Of a DNA stretch of 64,000 nt, positions 1 through 10,249 are shown piece after piece (position 1 is the first letter of the stretch; every line of letters begins with the position of its first letter). Origin of the DNA: an uncultured Pseudomonadales bacterium (GTDB lineage Bacteria; Patescibacteriota; Microgenomatia; UBA1400; PJMF01); assembly GCA_964556485.1 (NCBI GenBank), contig CAZKVV010000005.1, forward strand, positions 16,326 to 80,325. Reading direction: 5' to 3'. A program made the translations under genes and the position numbers. The notes under the pieces were generated by a model that was given only the letters and a program-made list of their open reading frames with translations, was not told the origin of the DNA and did no database searches.

Positions 1-14
1 CATATCTCGTGCAT

Positions 15-53
15 AAAAAAGCTAGCATGCCATACGATCATTGCTAGCTTTTT
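15..53. terminator. Intrinsic terminator after adk
   Basis: AAAAAA-GCTAGCA...TGCTAGC-TTTTT inverted repeat just past the adk stop. Confidence 0.7.
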
Positions 54-63
54 GGTAGGTGCT

Positions 64-615
64 TTATTTGTTTTTTTTGAGAGCATCAATGCCAGCCAGA
101 ATGTCATTAAAAACCGTATCAACATCGTTCTCACCATTCACTGCAACCAGCTTTCCCTGCTTTTTATAGTATTGGACCACTGGTTCGGTTAGCTCGTGAA
201 ACAAGGCAATTCTTTTCCTAATAGCATGCAGAGTCTCATCTTCTCTGTCACTTGCTCTACCAGCAATACGCCAGAGCGCTTCTTTATCGGAAACATCTAA
301 GAAAATTACGACATCTACTCCGCCGTTAAAAGCTTCTGCTTGCACTTCAGTTCTTGGAAATCCATCGAGAATGTAGCCTCTACTATATTCATCTTTTTCT
401 AAATACGTAAGCACTATTTCAAGTACAGTCTCATCGGGTACCAGAGCCCCAGAATTAAGGGTCTCCTTTAGCCATCGACCTAGTTTCGACTTATCTTTAG
501 CCATACCTCTAAAGATATGACCAGAGGAAAGATAGGGAATATCAAACTTCTCTGACAAAAAGTTGCCCTGTGTTGATTTTCCTGCACCTTGAATACCAAT
601 TAGCACCATTTTCAT
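64..615 (-). CDS. adk: Adenylate kinase (short type, no LID)
   Basis: P-loop GIQGAGKST, LDGFPRT motif, follows secY. Confidence 0.93.
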   Translation of the reverse strand: MKMVLIGIQGAGKSTQGNFLSEKFDIPYLSSGHIFRGMAKDKSKLGRWLKETLNSGALVPDETVLEIVLTYLEKDEYSRGYILDGFPRTEVQAEAFNGGVDVVIFLDVSDKEALWRIAGRASDREDETLHAIRKRIALFHELTEPVVQYYKKQGKLVAVNGENDVDTVFNDILAGIDALKKNK

Positions 616-660
616 TACAAACTCTCCATGATCATATTCGTGATCTCAACTACTATTATA

Positions 661-1944
661 CTAGAGATATTTATCATAATTCTGTTCCACAAGTGAGCTT
701 TCAGCTTGTTTATACGTTTCAATAATAACCGACACCACAATGAGCAAACTGGTGCCACTAACAGCTAATGAACCAATATCCGTGAATAATTGTGCAATGA
801 GTGGTAATAAAGCAATGGCGCTAAGGAATAATGCGCCAACTAAAGTGATACGTATTACTACAAACTCTAGGTATGACTTTGTTGCAGCGCCTGGACGTGT
901 CCCAGGAATAAATGCACCAGACTTCTTAAGTTCGGTGGAAATATCTTCAGCATTAAAGAACAACAGTGCAGAAACGAATGAAAAACCAAATACGATTAGA
1001 AAGTAGGTAATCATATACACTGGCGATGTTTGAGCAAACTGAATTGTAAGGAATTGACCAACTGAAATAAGTTGATCGATTTGACTTGCTAAGAGCAAGC
1101 GAGCTAAGAATGCAGGAACGAGCATGATTGAGACCGCAAAGATAATTGGCATAACACCAGAAACGTTTACCCTAATTGGCAAATGTGTTTGTTGCCCACC
1201 GTATACTTTGCTTCCTCGAACTCGTTTAGCGTACTGAATTGGGACTTTTCGTACCGCATCGTTCATAAATACGGTTAAACCAATCACAGCGATAAAAACG
1301 GCTACAAAGGACAAAAGTGTTATCCATTGACCGGAATTTGAACTCAGAGCTATCTGACTGAAAGTTGTTGGGGCCTGACTTAAAATACCACCTAACAGGA
1401 TCATGGAAATACCATTTCCCAATCCTGATTCTGAGATGAGTTCACCCAGCCAAGTAATCACCATGGCGCCTGCAACTAAGGTGAGAATCATAGCTACCAG
1501 TGAAAGAGGATCTGAGGATTCGAGAAGATTTTGTTGTCTGAGCAATGCTAACACAGATAAACTCTGGAAAACCGCGAGTGGTACTGACAAAAATCGAGTA
1601 TATTGGTTAATTTTTTCTCTACCAGCCTCACCATCCTTCTGCATTTCTTTGAGTGCCGGTACCACCATACCTGATAGTTGAATAATGATAGATGCAGTAA
1701 TAAATGGACTAATACCAACAGCCATGACAGAAAAGTTGGATAACGTACCACCAGAAAAAATATTGAGCAAACTAAGGAATTGGTTTCCGGCAAAAAGAGC
1801 CTGTAGCTGAGCTACATTAACACCAGGAACTGGAACATGTGCGAGAAATCTAAAAACAAGGAAAATGCTTGCAGTAAATAAGAGCTTCTTTCGTAACTCT
1901 GGATTTGAAACAACTTTTTGTAAAAATGTTGTGATCTTTTTCAT
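661..1944 (-). CDS. secY: Preprotein translocase SecY
   Basis: Multi-TM protein with [24 protein letters not shown] and GTSLLIVV motifs; end of spc operon. Confidence 0.98.
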   Translation of the reverse strand: MKKITTFLQKVVSNPELRKKLLFTASIFLVFRFLAHVPVPGVNVAQLQALFAGNQFLSLLNIFSGGTLSNFSVMAVGISPFITASIIIQLSGMVVPALKEMQKDGEAGREKINQYTRFLSVPLAVFQSLSVLALLRQQNLLESSDPLSLVAMILTLVAGAMVITWLGELISESGLGNGISMILLGGILSQAPTTFSQIALSSNSGQWITLLSFVAVFIAVIGLTVFMNDAVRKVPIQYAKRVRGSKVYGGQQTHLPIRVNVSGVMPIIFAVSIMLVPAFLARLLLASQIDQLISVGQFLTIQFAQTSPVYMITYFLIVFGFSFVSALLFFNAEDISTELKKSGAFIPGTRPGAATKSYLEFVVIRITLVGALFLSAIALLPLIAQLFTDIGSLAVSGTSLLIVVSVIIETYKQAESSLVEQNYDKYL

Positions 1945-1991
1945 CAATCCTCAAGTTATAAGTCTCAAGAGCACTACTGTACTACAAAAGA

Positions 1992-2429
1992 CTAAGCGAT
2001 ACTACCACCAGTTTTTTCGATAGCATCTTTTGCAGCGACACTTACAGTCACGCCTTGCACAGAGACTTTGCGTGAAAGAGTGCCAGTTGCAATAATTTTT
2101 GCTTTCTTAAAACGGACGTCAATTACTTTTTCAAGTTTAAGAGCATCAAGCGTAATCACTTCTGCTGTCATTTTTTCAATTTCAGAAAGAGTTACTTCAG
2201 CTGTTGGGCGAACTACATTGAAGCGGCCTTTACCACGAAGCATTGGTAATCTTTTGATGAGTGGAAGTTGACCACCTTCAAACCAAAGCGCAACTTTACT
2301 ACCCTGGCGAGATTTATATCCTTTCTGACCTCGGCTAGCAGTGTGGCCACCTTTGCCAGAACCATATCCTCTTCCAAGACGCTTTCCAGCAGTGGTAGTT
2401 GTTTTGATAAGTTGACTAAGTAATGACAT
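1992..2429 (-). CDS. rplO: 50S ribosomal protein uL15
   Basis: RLGRGYGSGKG and FEGGQLPL motifs; ATG at 2429 chosen. Confidence 0.97.
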   Translation of the reverse strand: MSLLSQLIKTTTTAGKRLGRGYGSGKGGHTASRGQKGYKSRQGSKVALWFEGGQLPLIKRLPMLRGKGRFNVVRPTAEVTLSEIEKMTAEVITLDALKLEKVIDVRFKKAKIIATGTLSRKVSVQGVTVSVAAKDAIEKTGGSIA

Positions 2430-2460
2430 ACAATCCCTGTTGCTTTGCAGCACTATTTAT

Positions 2461-3105
2461 CTATTTGGCAGCTTGTTTAGCTGGCTTACGTGAAATCTTT
2501 TTTTCAGCTGGAGCGTTTTTTACTTCGCTTTTTGCTTGTACTGGAGCTGCAGGATCATGTGACTCTGCACGCTTCTTATGTTTTTCCTGCAATTCCTTTT
2601 CTTTTTGAGCTTCCTCGGCTTCAGAATCAGCAATCGACTTAAGTTTAACGCCTTTGAGTGTGACGATTCGCTCAATCTGCTTGAGTGCTTCGAAAGTAGC
2701 GTACACACTTGAAGCTTTATTTTCTGAACCAAGAATCTTGCTTGAAATGTCTCGCACACCTGCTGCTTCGACAACTGCTCTTACTGGGCCACCTGCGATA
2801 ACTCCTGATCCCTTAGGAGCTGGCTTAAGCAATACTCTACCTGCGCCCTTCTTAACTAAAATAGAAAAAGGGATTGTTGTACCGTTGAGTGGTACGGTAA
2901 TCATACGCTTACGAGCTTTTTTAATGCCTTTTTTGATAGCTGAAACAACGTCGGTTGCTTTACCAAGACCGACACCAACTTGGCCTTTTTTGTCACCAAC
3001 AACCATAAGCACAGAAAATCCTACGTTGTTTCCACCTTTTGTCTTCTTGGAAACACGAGAAATTTGGATAACCTTTTCATCAAATTCTTTTACTTCAGTC
3101 TTCAT
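2461..3105 (-). CDS. rpsE: 30S ribosomal protein uS5 with C-terminal extension
   Basis: RVSKKTKGG and PAPKGSGVIAGG motifs. Confidence 0.97.
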   Translation of the reverse strand: MKTEVKEFDEKVIQISRVSKKTKGGNNVGFSVLMVVGDKKGQVGVGLGKATDVVSAIKKGIKKARKRMITVPLNGTTIPFSILVKKGAGRVLLKPAPKGSGVIAGGPVRAVVEAAGVRDISSKILGSENKASSVYATFEALKQIERIVTLKGVKLKSIADSEAEEAQKEKELQEKHKKRAESHDPAAPVQAKSEVKNAPAEKKISRKPAKQAAK

Positions 3106-3119
3106 ATCTTTATTTCTGC

Positions 3120-3485
3120 TTATACTTCTATACCTTGAGCTCTGAGAGTCTCAGCAATCACACTTACTCTTCCATGATACTTATATTGACCACGGTCGAA
3201 CACAACTGCTGTAATTTTCTTAGCCTTCAGTCCTTTTGCCAATTCTGCAGCAGCAAGAGCTGCTAATTCTTTCTTAGTTGCAGTCGTTTTCTTGTCTTTT
3301 CTCGTAGAAAGATCACTTGTAGCGATAATTGTCTTTTGCGAATCGTCATCAACGGCTTGCATGTATGTGTATTTGTTTGATCTAAACACAGTCACTCTTG
3401 GGCGCTGTGCAGTACCACTCAACTTAGAGCGAACTCTTAATTTTCGTTTTTGTACTTTAGTTAGTGCGTGCTTAATAGTTGGCAT
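3120..3485 (-). CDS. rplR: 50S ribosomal protein uL18
   Basis: RPRVTVFRSN and VFDRGQYKYHGRV motifs. Confidence 0.97.
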   Translation of the reverse strand: MPTIKHALTKVQKRKLRVRSKLSGTAQRPRVTVFRSNKYTYMQAVDDDSQKTIIATSDLSTRKDKKTTATKKELAALAAAELAKGLKAKKITAVVFDRGQYKYHGRVSVIAETLRAQGIEV

Positions 3486-3503
3486 AGTTCTTTCTTCTCA
3501 AAA

Positions 3504-4040
3504 CTAAGAGGCTGCTTTTCCTTGTTTTCTTCGGACAACTTCGTCTTCGTATCTGATTCCTTTACCTTTGTAAGGCTCTGGCGGTCTGATTCTGCGAATT
3601 TCCGCTGCCATCTGTCCCACTTGTTGCTTATCTGAACCTTCGATGTGGATGGTGTCAGTACCCTCAACCTTTAATGAAACTCCAGGTCTAGCTGCAACAT
3701 CAACTGGATGAGAATAGCCAACTGCTAATTGAACACCTTGACCTTGAGCCTTAGCTCTATATCCAGTTCCAATAAGCTTAAGTGTTTTCTTAAAACCATC
3801 AGTGACACCAATAATTGTGTTATTCACCAAACTGCGAACTAAGCCATGAAGAGCCTTAGTAGTTTTCTCATCATTACTACGTGAGACCAGCACAGCTCCT
3901 TCTGCAACTGTAACTGAAATTTTTGCTGGAACAGCAGTTACTAACTGACCTTTAGGTCCCTTAACAGTTACTTCAGTAGCTGTTGCTGTAACAGTAACTC
4001 CCTGTGGGATACTGATTGGTGTTCTTCCTATTCTAGACAT
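3504..4040 (-). CDS. rplF: 50S ribosomal protein uL6
   Basis: MSRIGR start, PEPYKGKGIRY motif. Confidence 0.98.
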   Translation of the reverse strand: MSRIGRTPISIPQGVTVTATATEVTVKGPKGQLVTAVPAKISVTVAEGAVLVSRSNDEKTTKALHGLVRSLVNNTIIGVTDGFKKTLKLIGTGYRAKAQGQGVQLAVGYSHPVDVAARPGVSLKVEGTDTIHIEGSDKQQVGQMAAEIRRIRPPEPYKGKGIRYEDEVVRRKQGKAAS

Positions 4041-4063
4041 ATTGTTTTCTTTTCAAGTAGTGC

Positions 4064-4459
4064 CTACCAAATCTGGCACAATAACTCTCCACCGACATTT
4101 TCTTTTCTTGCTTGAGTATCGGTCATTATACCTTTACTTGTAGACAAAATAGTAATGCCATACCCTCCCAGTGTTTTTGGAATCGCACCAGAGGCTGTGT
4201 ATAATCTTCTTCCTGGTTTAGAAAGTCGTTTAACTTCACTAATAGCTGGTTGTTTACCAACATATTTTAGGGCAACTACAATTTTAGAAAAAGGCATATC
4301 GCCTTGAACTTTAACTGAGTTTATGTAACCCTCGTTTACCAAGATGTCTGCAATAGACTTCTTTAGGTTAGAAAATGGTGCTTCAACAACATTCAATCTA
4401 GCCATGTGAGCGTTCTTGATTCTGATGATAAAATCTGCAATTGGATCGGTCATACTCAC
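4064..4459 (-). CDS. rpsH: 30S ribosomal protein uS8
   Basis: TDPIAD, SKPGRRLY and GGELLC motifs. Confidence 0.98.
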   Translation of the reverse strand: MSMTDPIADFIIRIKNAHMARLNVVEAPFSNLKKSIADILVNEGYINSVKVQGDMPFSKIVVALKYVGKQPAISEVKRLSKPGRRLYTASGAIPKTLGGYGITILSTSKGIMTDTQARKENVGGELLCQIW

Positions 4460-4464
4460 CTTGA

Positions 4465-4695
4465 TTACTTACTGGACTTAACTACACCAGGTAGTTCGCC
4501 TTTAACTGCTAATTCTCTAAATGTTATACGGCTTAACCCAAAGAATCTCATGTATCCTCTGGGACGGCCTGATATTTTACAACGGTTTACGCCTCTAGTC
4601 GAGAACTTGTTTACTTTTTTCTCGCCACTGAGTTCGTAAGCTGTTCTTTTTTCTAGTAGTTTCTTAGATTTTGCAATCTTAGATTGTTTAGCCAT
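4465..4695 (-). CDS. rpsN: 30S ribosomal protein uS14
   Basis: [11 protein letters not shown]...FRELA..GELPGV; position between rplE and rpsH. Confidence 0.96.
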   Translation of the reverse strand: MAKQSKIAKSKKLLEKRTAYELSGEKKVNKFSTRGVNRCKISGRPRGYMRFFGLSRITFRELAVKGELPGVVKSSK

Positions 4696-4707
4696 GGAGC
4701 GCTTCCT

Positions 4708-5268
4708 TTACTTCTGATCTTCTTTTTCAAATGGTACACCAAGCAATTCAAGAAGTCTGAATGCTTGTTCGTTTGATTTTGCTGAAGTTATAAAGTTAAT
4801 TTGTAACCCTCTAACACTTTCAATAGAATCATACTCTATTTCAGGAAAAATAATCTGTTCCTCAAGTCCCATACTGTAGTTACCTTGACCATCAAATGCT
4901 GTTCTTGAGACACCTCTAAAGTCTTTAACACGTGGAAGTGCAACAGAAATCAATTTAGTCAAGAAATCCCACATATACACACCTCTAAGCGTAACCATAA
5001 CGCCCATAGGGTCGCCAGCTCTAAGTTTGAATCCAGCGATAGACTTTTTTGCGAGAGTGATTTGAGGCTTTTGACCACTAATCACCTGCATCTGAGTAAG
5101 TACGTTATCAATAATTGGTTTACGAGCACGAGGATCTTGTGGATCAGTAATGCCGACATTAATAACAATTTTCTTTAGTTTTGGCACAGCCATAACATTA
5201 GCAATTTTAAACTCATCTTTGAGTTGTGCTGCAATAGTGGATGTGTATTGTTCTCTTATATTTGACAT
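4708..5268 (-). CDS. rplE: 50S ribosomal protein uL5
   Basis: VPKLKKIVIN and LPRVKDFRG motifs. Confidence 0.98.
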   Translation of the reverse strand: MSNIREQYTSTIAAQLKDEFKIANVMAVPKLKKIVINVGITDPQDPRARKPIIDNVLTQMQVISGQKPQITLAKKSIAGFKLRAGDPMGVMVTLRGVYMWDFLTKLISVALPRVKDFRGVSRTAFDGQGNYSMGLEEQIIFPEIEYDSIESVRGLQINFITSAKSNEQAFRLLELLGVPFEKEDQK

Positions 5269-5270
5269 AG

Positions 5271-5597
5271 TTACTTCTTAGCTGGTGCCTTTTGTGGAAC
5301 TTCTGCGCCAGTCTTCTTAAACACTCTAGTTTTAGTGCCATCTTTGGCAACTTTATAGCCGATTCTATCTGGTTGACCTTTATCATTTAAGATAGCGATC
5401 TTTGCTGTTGATAACGCACGTTCAACTAAAACACGATCACCTGTTCGGCCACCAACTGGACGAATATGTTTCACGTATTTGTTTATACCTTCAACAACAA
5501 CAGTATCTTTAGCTGGTATAACACGTACTATTGTACCTGTTTTACCTTTGTCTTTACCTGTTGTTACTTTGACGTTGTCACCTGTTTTAAATTTCAT
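5271..5597 (-). CDS. rplX: 50S ribosomal protein uL24
   Basis: KOW motif GDNVKVTTGKDKGKTG. Confidence 0.97.
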   Translation of the reverse strand: MKFKTGDNVKVTTGKDKGKTGTIVRVIPAKDTVVVEGINKYVKHIRPVGGRTGDRVLVERALSTAKIAILNDKGQPDRIGYKVAKDGTKTRVFKKTGAEVPQKAPAKK

Positions 5598-5610
5598 ATC
5601 TCATTTCAAA

Positions 5611-5985
5611 TTACAAGACTTCTGGAGCTAAACTAGCAATCTTACCAAATCCATTGTCTTTAACTTCACGAGCTACAGGGCCAAACACACGAGTTCCAAC
5701 TGGAACTGGATTTTTTCTTGACTCTACTATAACTGCTGCATTATCATCGAATCGAATGTATTCACCATTCTTTCTTCGTGATTCTTTTCTTGTTCTAACA
5801 ATAACTGCTTTTACTTTTTCACCTTTTTTAACAGTGCCATTGGCATCTGCTTGGATAACTGAAGCTGCAACCACATCTCCAACATATCCAAATCTGCGTC
5901 TAGAACCGCCATGAACTTGAATAACTCTCAGTTTCTTTGCGCCACTGTTATCGGCTACTTGTAGTACTGTACGTAATTGAATCAT
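5611..5985 (-). CDS. rplN: 50S ribosomal protein uL14
   Basis: [16 protein letters not shown] and SLAPEVL motifs. Confidence 0.99.
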   Translation of the reverse strand: MIQLRTVLQVADNSGAKKLRVIQVHGGSRRRFGYVGDVVAASVIQADANGTVKKGEKVKAVIVRTRKESRRKNGEYIRFDDNAAVIVESRKNPVPVGTRVFGPVAREVKDNGFGKIASLAPEVL

Positions 5986-5994
5986 AGCCGACTC

Positions 5995-6228
5995 CTACTT
6001 CCCAACCTTCTTAACAACAATAAAGCTCTTTGTTTTACTGATCGGTCTACAAGGCATTATTTCTACCACATCACCAACTTCTAAAGTTACGTCTGCATAA
6101 TGACATGCGAAGTTTTTGGTTCTCTTCACAGACTTTAAGTACATAGGGTGTTGCCACATACGCGCAACACTAACTTGTGCAGTTTGCGCTGTTTTTACTG
6201 ATTCGACTATACCTTGTATCGTTTTCAT
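5995..6228 (-). CDS. rpsQ: 30S ribosomal protein uS17
   Basis: HPMY..VKR and RPISKTK motifs. Confidence 0.96.
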   Translation of the reverse strand: MKTIQGIVESVKTAQTAQVSVARMWQHPMYLKSVKRTKNFACHYADVTLEVGDVVEIMPCRPISKTKSFIVVKKVGK

Positions 6229-6236
6229 ACGCGTCT

Positions 6237-6440
6237 TTATTTGCTAGCTAGCTCTTTCTTTTTGAGCACTGTTTTAACTCTGGCAATATCATCTGCAAGC
6301 AAAGCAATGTGAGTATTCTGTCTTCTACCTGCTTTTTTCTCCAAACGAGCTCCAGCAAACTCTTTAATGAGTTCTGCAACCTGAGCTTGCAACTCAGTTA
6401 CGCTCTTTTCATGTAGTGCTCTTATATCATTTCTTTTCAT
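6237..6440 (-). CDS. rpmC: 50S ribosomal protein uL29
   Basis: Helical protein with DIARVKT; position between rplP and rpsQ. Confidence 0.93.
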   Translation of the reverse strand: MKRNDIRALHEKSVTELQAQVAELIKEFAGARLEKKAGRRQNTHIALLADDIARVKTVLKKKELASK

Positions 6441-6441
6441 G

Positions 6442-6846
6442 TTATTTTCCAATTGTTGCAGTTTTAACTGACAATTTATGACCAGCTTTTCTGAAAGCTT
6501 CTTTGGCCATGGTTTCTGTTACACCTGCTATTTCGAATAAAACCATTCCCGGTCTTACTACTGCTACGTATGTATCTATAGCACCTTTACCTGAACCCAT
6601 TTTCACACCAACTGGCTTTTTAGTAATAGGCTTGTGAGGAAATACTCTGACCCAATACTTACCCGCACGCTTAGTCATAAACGTGATTTTTTTACGAGCT
6701 GCTTCAATTTCTCTCGTGCTCACCCAACCAGTAGTTGTAGCTTGCATTGCGAAATCACCGAAAGCAACAGCCGCACCACGTACAGCTACACCTCTTCGTT
6801 TACCTCTAAACTGTTTTCTATATTTACTCTTTTTAGGTTGTAACAT
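6442..6846 (-). CDS. rplP: 50S ribosomal protein uL16
   Basis: MLQPK start, KMGSGKG motif. Confidence 0.98.
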   Translation of the reverse strand: MLQPKKSKYRKQFRGKRRGVAVRGAAVAFGDFAMQATTTGWVSTREIEAARKKITFMTKRAGKYWVRVFPHKPITKKPVGVKMGSGKGAIDTYVAVVRPGMVLFEIAGVTETMAKEAFRKAGHKLSVKTATIGK

Positions 6847-6867
6847 ATCTCGTTATTCAGGTATCGC

Positions 6868-7518
6868 TTATACTATTTCACCCCTGTTGATCCACACTTT
6901 AATACCAACATATCCAGATCTTGTTGCTGCTGGCATTTGATAGTAATCAATATCAGCACGAATTGTCTGTGTTGGCACACTACCCTCGAAGTATTTTTCG
7001 GTGCGACCAATTTCAGCACCACCAATTCTTCCTGCTAGAGAGATCTTCACGCCTTCTGCTCCAGCTTGCATTACCTTCTCGAGAGCTTGATTCACTGCTC
7101 TACGATGTGGAAAACGCTTCATAAGCTGTTGTGCAATTCTTTCAGCGACCAACTTAGCACTGAGGTCCGGCTTAGATACTTCTTCAACACGAAGATCAAT
7201 CTTAACCTTATCTTTCTTTTTCTTAGCTACATTAAGGATTCTTTCTATCTCACCTTTAACGACTTCAAGGTTTGCACCACCTCTACCAATTACCACACCT
7301 GGCCTAGAAACAAAAAGGACAACTCTGATTGCGGTCAAAGATCTTTCGATCTCGACTTTAACCAAACCGGCACTTTCTAACTTGTTCTTCAAGAATACTC
7401 TCAACGAATAATCTTCGAGAACTTTATTAGAATAGTCTGTCTTATCTGCGAACCACTTCGACTTCCAGGTATAAGTGTTGCCTAATCTAAAACCGATTGG
7501 ATTTACTTTTTGTCCCAT
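6868..7518 (-). CDS. rpsC: 30S ribosomal protein uS3
   Basis: MGQKVNPIGFRLG start, KH motif RPGVVIGRGG. Confidence 0.99.
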   Translation of the reverse strand: MGQKVNPIGFRLGNTYTWKSKWFADKTDYSNKVLEDYSLRVFLKNKLESAGLVKVEIERSLTAIRVVLFVSRPGVVIGRGGANLEVVKGEIERILNVAKKKKDKVKIDLRVEEVSKPDLSAKLVAERIAQQLMKRFPHRRAVNQALEKVMQAGAEGVKISLAGRIGGAEIGRTEKYFEGSVPTQTIRADIDYYQMPAATRSGYVGIKVWINRGEIV

Positions 7519-7572
7519 ATGTTTTATGTTGTTTCTCTTTTACTCAAGAACTATGTATTTTACTACAAAACT

Positions 7573-8082
7573 TTACTTTTTACTCACTGACTTTTTAACA
7601 ACAGCTTTCTTCTTAGCTGATACCTTTGTTTCTTTTTTAGAAACGGCTGCTGGAGCTACCTTTGTTTCTGCTGCAACCTCAACTTTTTCTGCAACTTTAC
7701 TGCTCTCAGATTTCTTCGGCCCTTCACTCGTTTGAGCAATTGGAGCGACTACTCCCGCTTCTAACTCGACAGTAACATGACATGCTCTTTTCAAAATCGC
7801 ATGAGCTCTTCCACGACTTACTGCTCTAAATCTGCGATATCGAGGACCTTCACTGATAATAATGTTCTTCAAGTTGAGCTGCTCGAAAGTATATCCATGG
7901 TTGTGTACTGCGTTAGCAATTGCCTGCCTAACAACTTTAAGTACTACCAATGATGCTTTTTTCTCCAACACAGCAAGTTGCTTAATTGCTGTTTCAAGAT
8001 TCATTTTCTTGACGGCATTCGCAACTAAACGAACTTTACGTGCCGGTTGTCTGCTGTTGTTTTGTGTAGCTGATATTAACAT
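7573..8082 (-). CDS. rplV: 50S ribosomal protein uL22 with Lys/Ala/Val-rich tail
   Basis: RKVRLVA and RGRAHAILKR motifs; ATG at 8082 (longer ORF overlaps rpsS). Confidence 0.96.
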   Translation of the reverse strand: MLISATQNNSRQPARKVRLVANAVKKMNLETAIKQLAVLEKKASLVVLKVVRQAIANAVHNHGYTFEQLNLKNIIISEGPRYRRFRAVSRGRAHAILKRACHVTVELEAGVVAPIAQTSEGPKKSESSKVAEKVEVAAETKVAPAAVSKKETKVSAKKKAVVKKSVSKK

Positions 8083-8110
8083 ACAATTTCTTACCTTTTT
8101 CCAGATATCT

Positions 8111-8395
8111 TTAAGTCTTAGTAAGTAAGCGTTTGACAATCTTACCGTGACCTCTGAAGGTTCTTGTTGGTGCAAACTCACCGAGCTTGTGGCCAACCAT
8201 TGCTTCAGAAACAAATACTTCGACAAAATTCTTACCTTGATGTACCATAAAAGTATGACCAACAAAGTCAGGAGAGATGACACACTCTCTACTCCAAGTT
8301 TTGATTGGCGTCTTTGTTCCACCTGCTTTCTGAACCATAACTTTTTTGAGAAGCTTTGGATCAATGAATGGACCTTTTTTACTTGAACGTGACAT
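8111..8395 (-). CDS. rpsS: 30S ribosomal protein uS19
   Basis: SKKGPF and [13 protein letters not shown] motifs. Confidence 0.99.
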   Translation of the reverse strand: MSRSSKKGPFIDPKLLKKVMVQKAGGTKTPIKTWSRECVISPDFVGHTFMVHQGKNFVEVFVSEAMVGHKLGEFAPTRTFRGHGKIVKRLLTKT

Positions 8396-8446
8396 ATCTA
8401 TTATTCCTCTTGTTTATTTTGCTGATAAATCAGCACATTTTAACAA

Positions 8447-9280
8447 TTACTTAATTCTTCTATCTCTTACTATCAACTTGTCGGTTCTGTGATGCTTCTT
8501 ACGTGTCTTCTTACCTAAAGCATGTTTGCCCCATGGAGTCTTTGGATGCTTCATACCAACACCAGATCTGCCTTCACCACCACCGTGCGGATGTGAATCT
8601 GGATGTTGTGCAGTACCGCGAACTGTTGGGCGAATACCCATGAGTCGTTTTCTGCCAGCTTTTCCAATTTTTCTATTCTTCCATTCTTGGTTACCAACTT
8701 GACCGATTGTTGCATAACATTCAGCACTTACTAAACGTAATTCTTTTGAAGGAAGCTGAACGGTAACAAATTTTCCATCTTTAGACTGAACAATTGCGCC
8801 TGTACCAGCGCCACGCACCATCTGAGCACCTTTCCCTGCGCGAAGCTCAATGTTGTGAATGAACATACCAATTGGTATGTTCTTGAGTGGTAAAGCATTA
8901 CCAACTTTTGCATCAACTTTTTCACCAGAAACGATAACGTCACCTTCAGCTAGTCCTTGAGGAGCAACGATATAAGCTTTGTCACCATCTGCGTAATACA
9001 AAAGCGCAACGTTAGCACTGCGCATTGGATCGTACTCAATTCTTTTAACTGTAGCAGGTACACCAAACTTTGTGCGTTTCCACTCAATGACGCGCAACTT
9101 TTTCTTAACACCACCACCGCGATGTCTGACAGTTACACGGCCACCAAATCCTCGACCTTGTCTTTTGATGTGTCCAGAAGCCAATAATGCTCTCTCTGGT
9201 TTGCCTGACCAAATTTCACTGCGATCAACATCAACTTGATGTCTTCTGCCGGGGGTTGTGGGTTTACGAGTTAATAACAT
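8447..9280 (-). CDS. rplB: 50S ribosomal protein uL2
   Basis: IEYDPMRSA and HPHGGGEG motifs. Confidence 0.99.
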   Translation of the reverse strand: MLLTRKPTTPGRRHQVDVDRSEIWSGKPERALLASGHIKRQGRGFGGRVTVRHRGGGVKKKLRVIEWKRTKFGVPATVKRIEYDPMRSANVALLYYADGDKAYIVAPQGLAEGDVIVSGEKVDAKVGNALPLKNIPIGMFIHNIELRAGKGAQMVRGAGTGAIVQSKDGKFVTVQLPSKELRLVSAECYATIGQVGNQEWKNRKIGKAGRKRLMGIRPTVRGTAQHPDSHPHGGGEGRSGVGMKHPKTPWGKHALGKKTRKKHHRTDKLIVRDRRIK

Positions 9281-9290
9281 ACCTAAATCC

Positions 9291-9596
9291 TTACGCCTTC
9301 GTGCTTTCTGAAATATCGAAAAGGTTTATCGAGTCACCTTTTTTTAAGGTAACAAGAGCTTTTTTGACTTTAGCTCCAGCAACTTGTAATCTTCTCTTAC
9401 CAGTTTTGTGGGCAACTGCTTGATTCATAACGGTACGAACAGCTAATACCTTAACAGGAAATAGTTTTTCCACTGCTTCTTTAATCTGGTTCTTAGTAGA
9501 ATCCTTGCTCACTGCAAAAGTATAGGTATTTTTTGCATTAGCAAGTCCGAGTGACTTTTCGGTAATAACTGGTTTAACGATACTGTATGCGTTCAT
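9291..9596 (-). CDS. rplW: 50S ribosomal protein uL23
   Basis: PVITEKS and KKALVTL motifs. Confidence 0.97.
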   Translation of the reverse strand: MNAYSIVKPVITEKSLGLANAKNTYTFAVSKDSTKNQIKEAVEKLFPVKVLAVRTVMNQAVAHKTGKRRLQVAGAKVKKALVTLKKGDSINLFDISESTKA

Positions 9597-9604
9597 GTCT
9601 ATTT

Positions 9605-10249
9605 TTATTCTTTACTTGTTTTCTTTTTTGTCTGCGCAGCAAGTCTGACTTCTAAGAGCTCAAGAGCCTTAGGTTCAAAAATGATTGATGCAACAGCGCT
9701 AATATCATGTGCATTAACCAATGCAGCTGTACTAAGGAGTACATTTGGAATGTTGGCGATTGATCTTTCAACCAATTCATTACGATCTGCCAAAACTATC
9801 AATACCTTTTTGTTACCAAGCTCAGATGCTAAAAGCTTTACAGCTTCCTTAGTTTTACCTGTAAGTGAAGTGAGTTCAGCGCAAACTTTTACGCTTTTAG
9901 CTTGAGCACTAAGTGCACATATTAATGCTTTTAATTTCATTGTTCGAGAAAGTGATAAATTCCAGTTTTCAATTCCCTTTGGACCGTGAGCCACACCACC
10001 ACCTACAAAAATTGGAGCACTTTGGGCACCATGCCGTGCATTGCCAGTACCTTTTTGCTTGTACATTTTTCGTTTTGTTAAGTTGACTTCAGATCTAGTC
10101 TTTACTTTACTAGTACCTTGGCGAGCATTCGAAAGATAGACTCTAATTGCTTGAGCGAGCAACACTTTGTTTACTGGCGCACCAAACAATGCGTCAGAAA
10201 CAGTTACTAAACTCTCTTTACCAGTGGCTGTGATGCTTGCTACTTTCAT
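9605..10249 (-). CDS. rplD: 50S ribosomal protein uL4
   Basis: QKGTGNARHG and GGGVAHGPK motifs. Confidence 0.98.
   Translation of the reverse strand: MKVASITATGKESLVTVSDALFGAPVNKVLLAQAIRVYLSNARQGTSKVKTRSEVNLTKRKMYKQKGTGNARHGAQSAPIFVGGGVAHGPKGIENWNLSLSRTMKLKALICALSAQAKSVKVCAELTSLTGKTKEAVKLLASELGNKKVLIVLADRNELVERSIANIPNVLLSTAALVNAHDISAVASIIFEPKALELLEVRLAAQTKKKTSKE

Noticed and set aside
8083-8364. N-terminal extension of the uL22 ORF
   Set aside because: It overlaps rpsS in another frame; uL22 homology starts at ATG 8082
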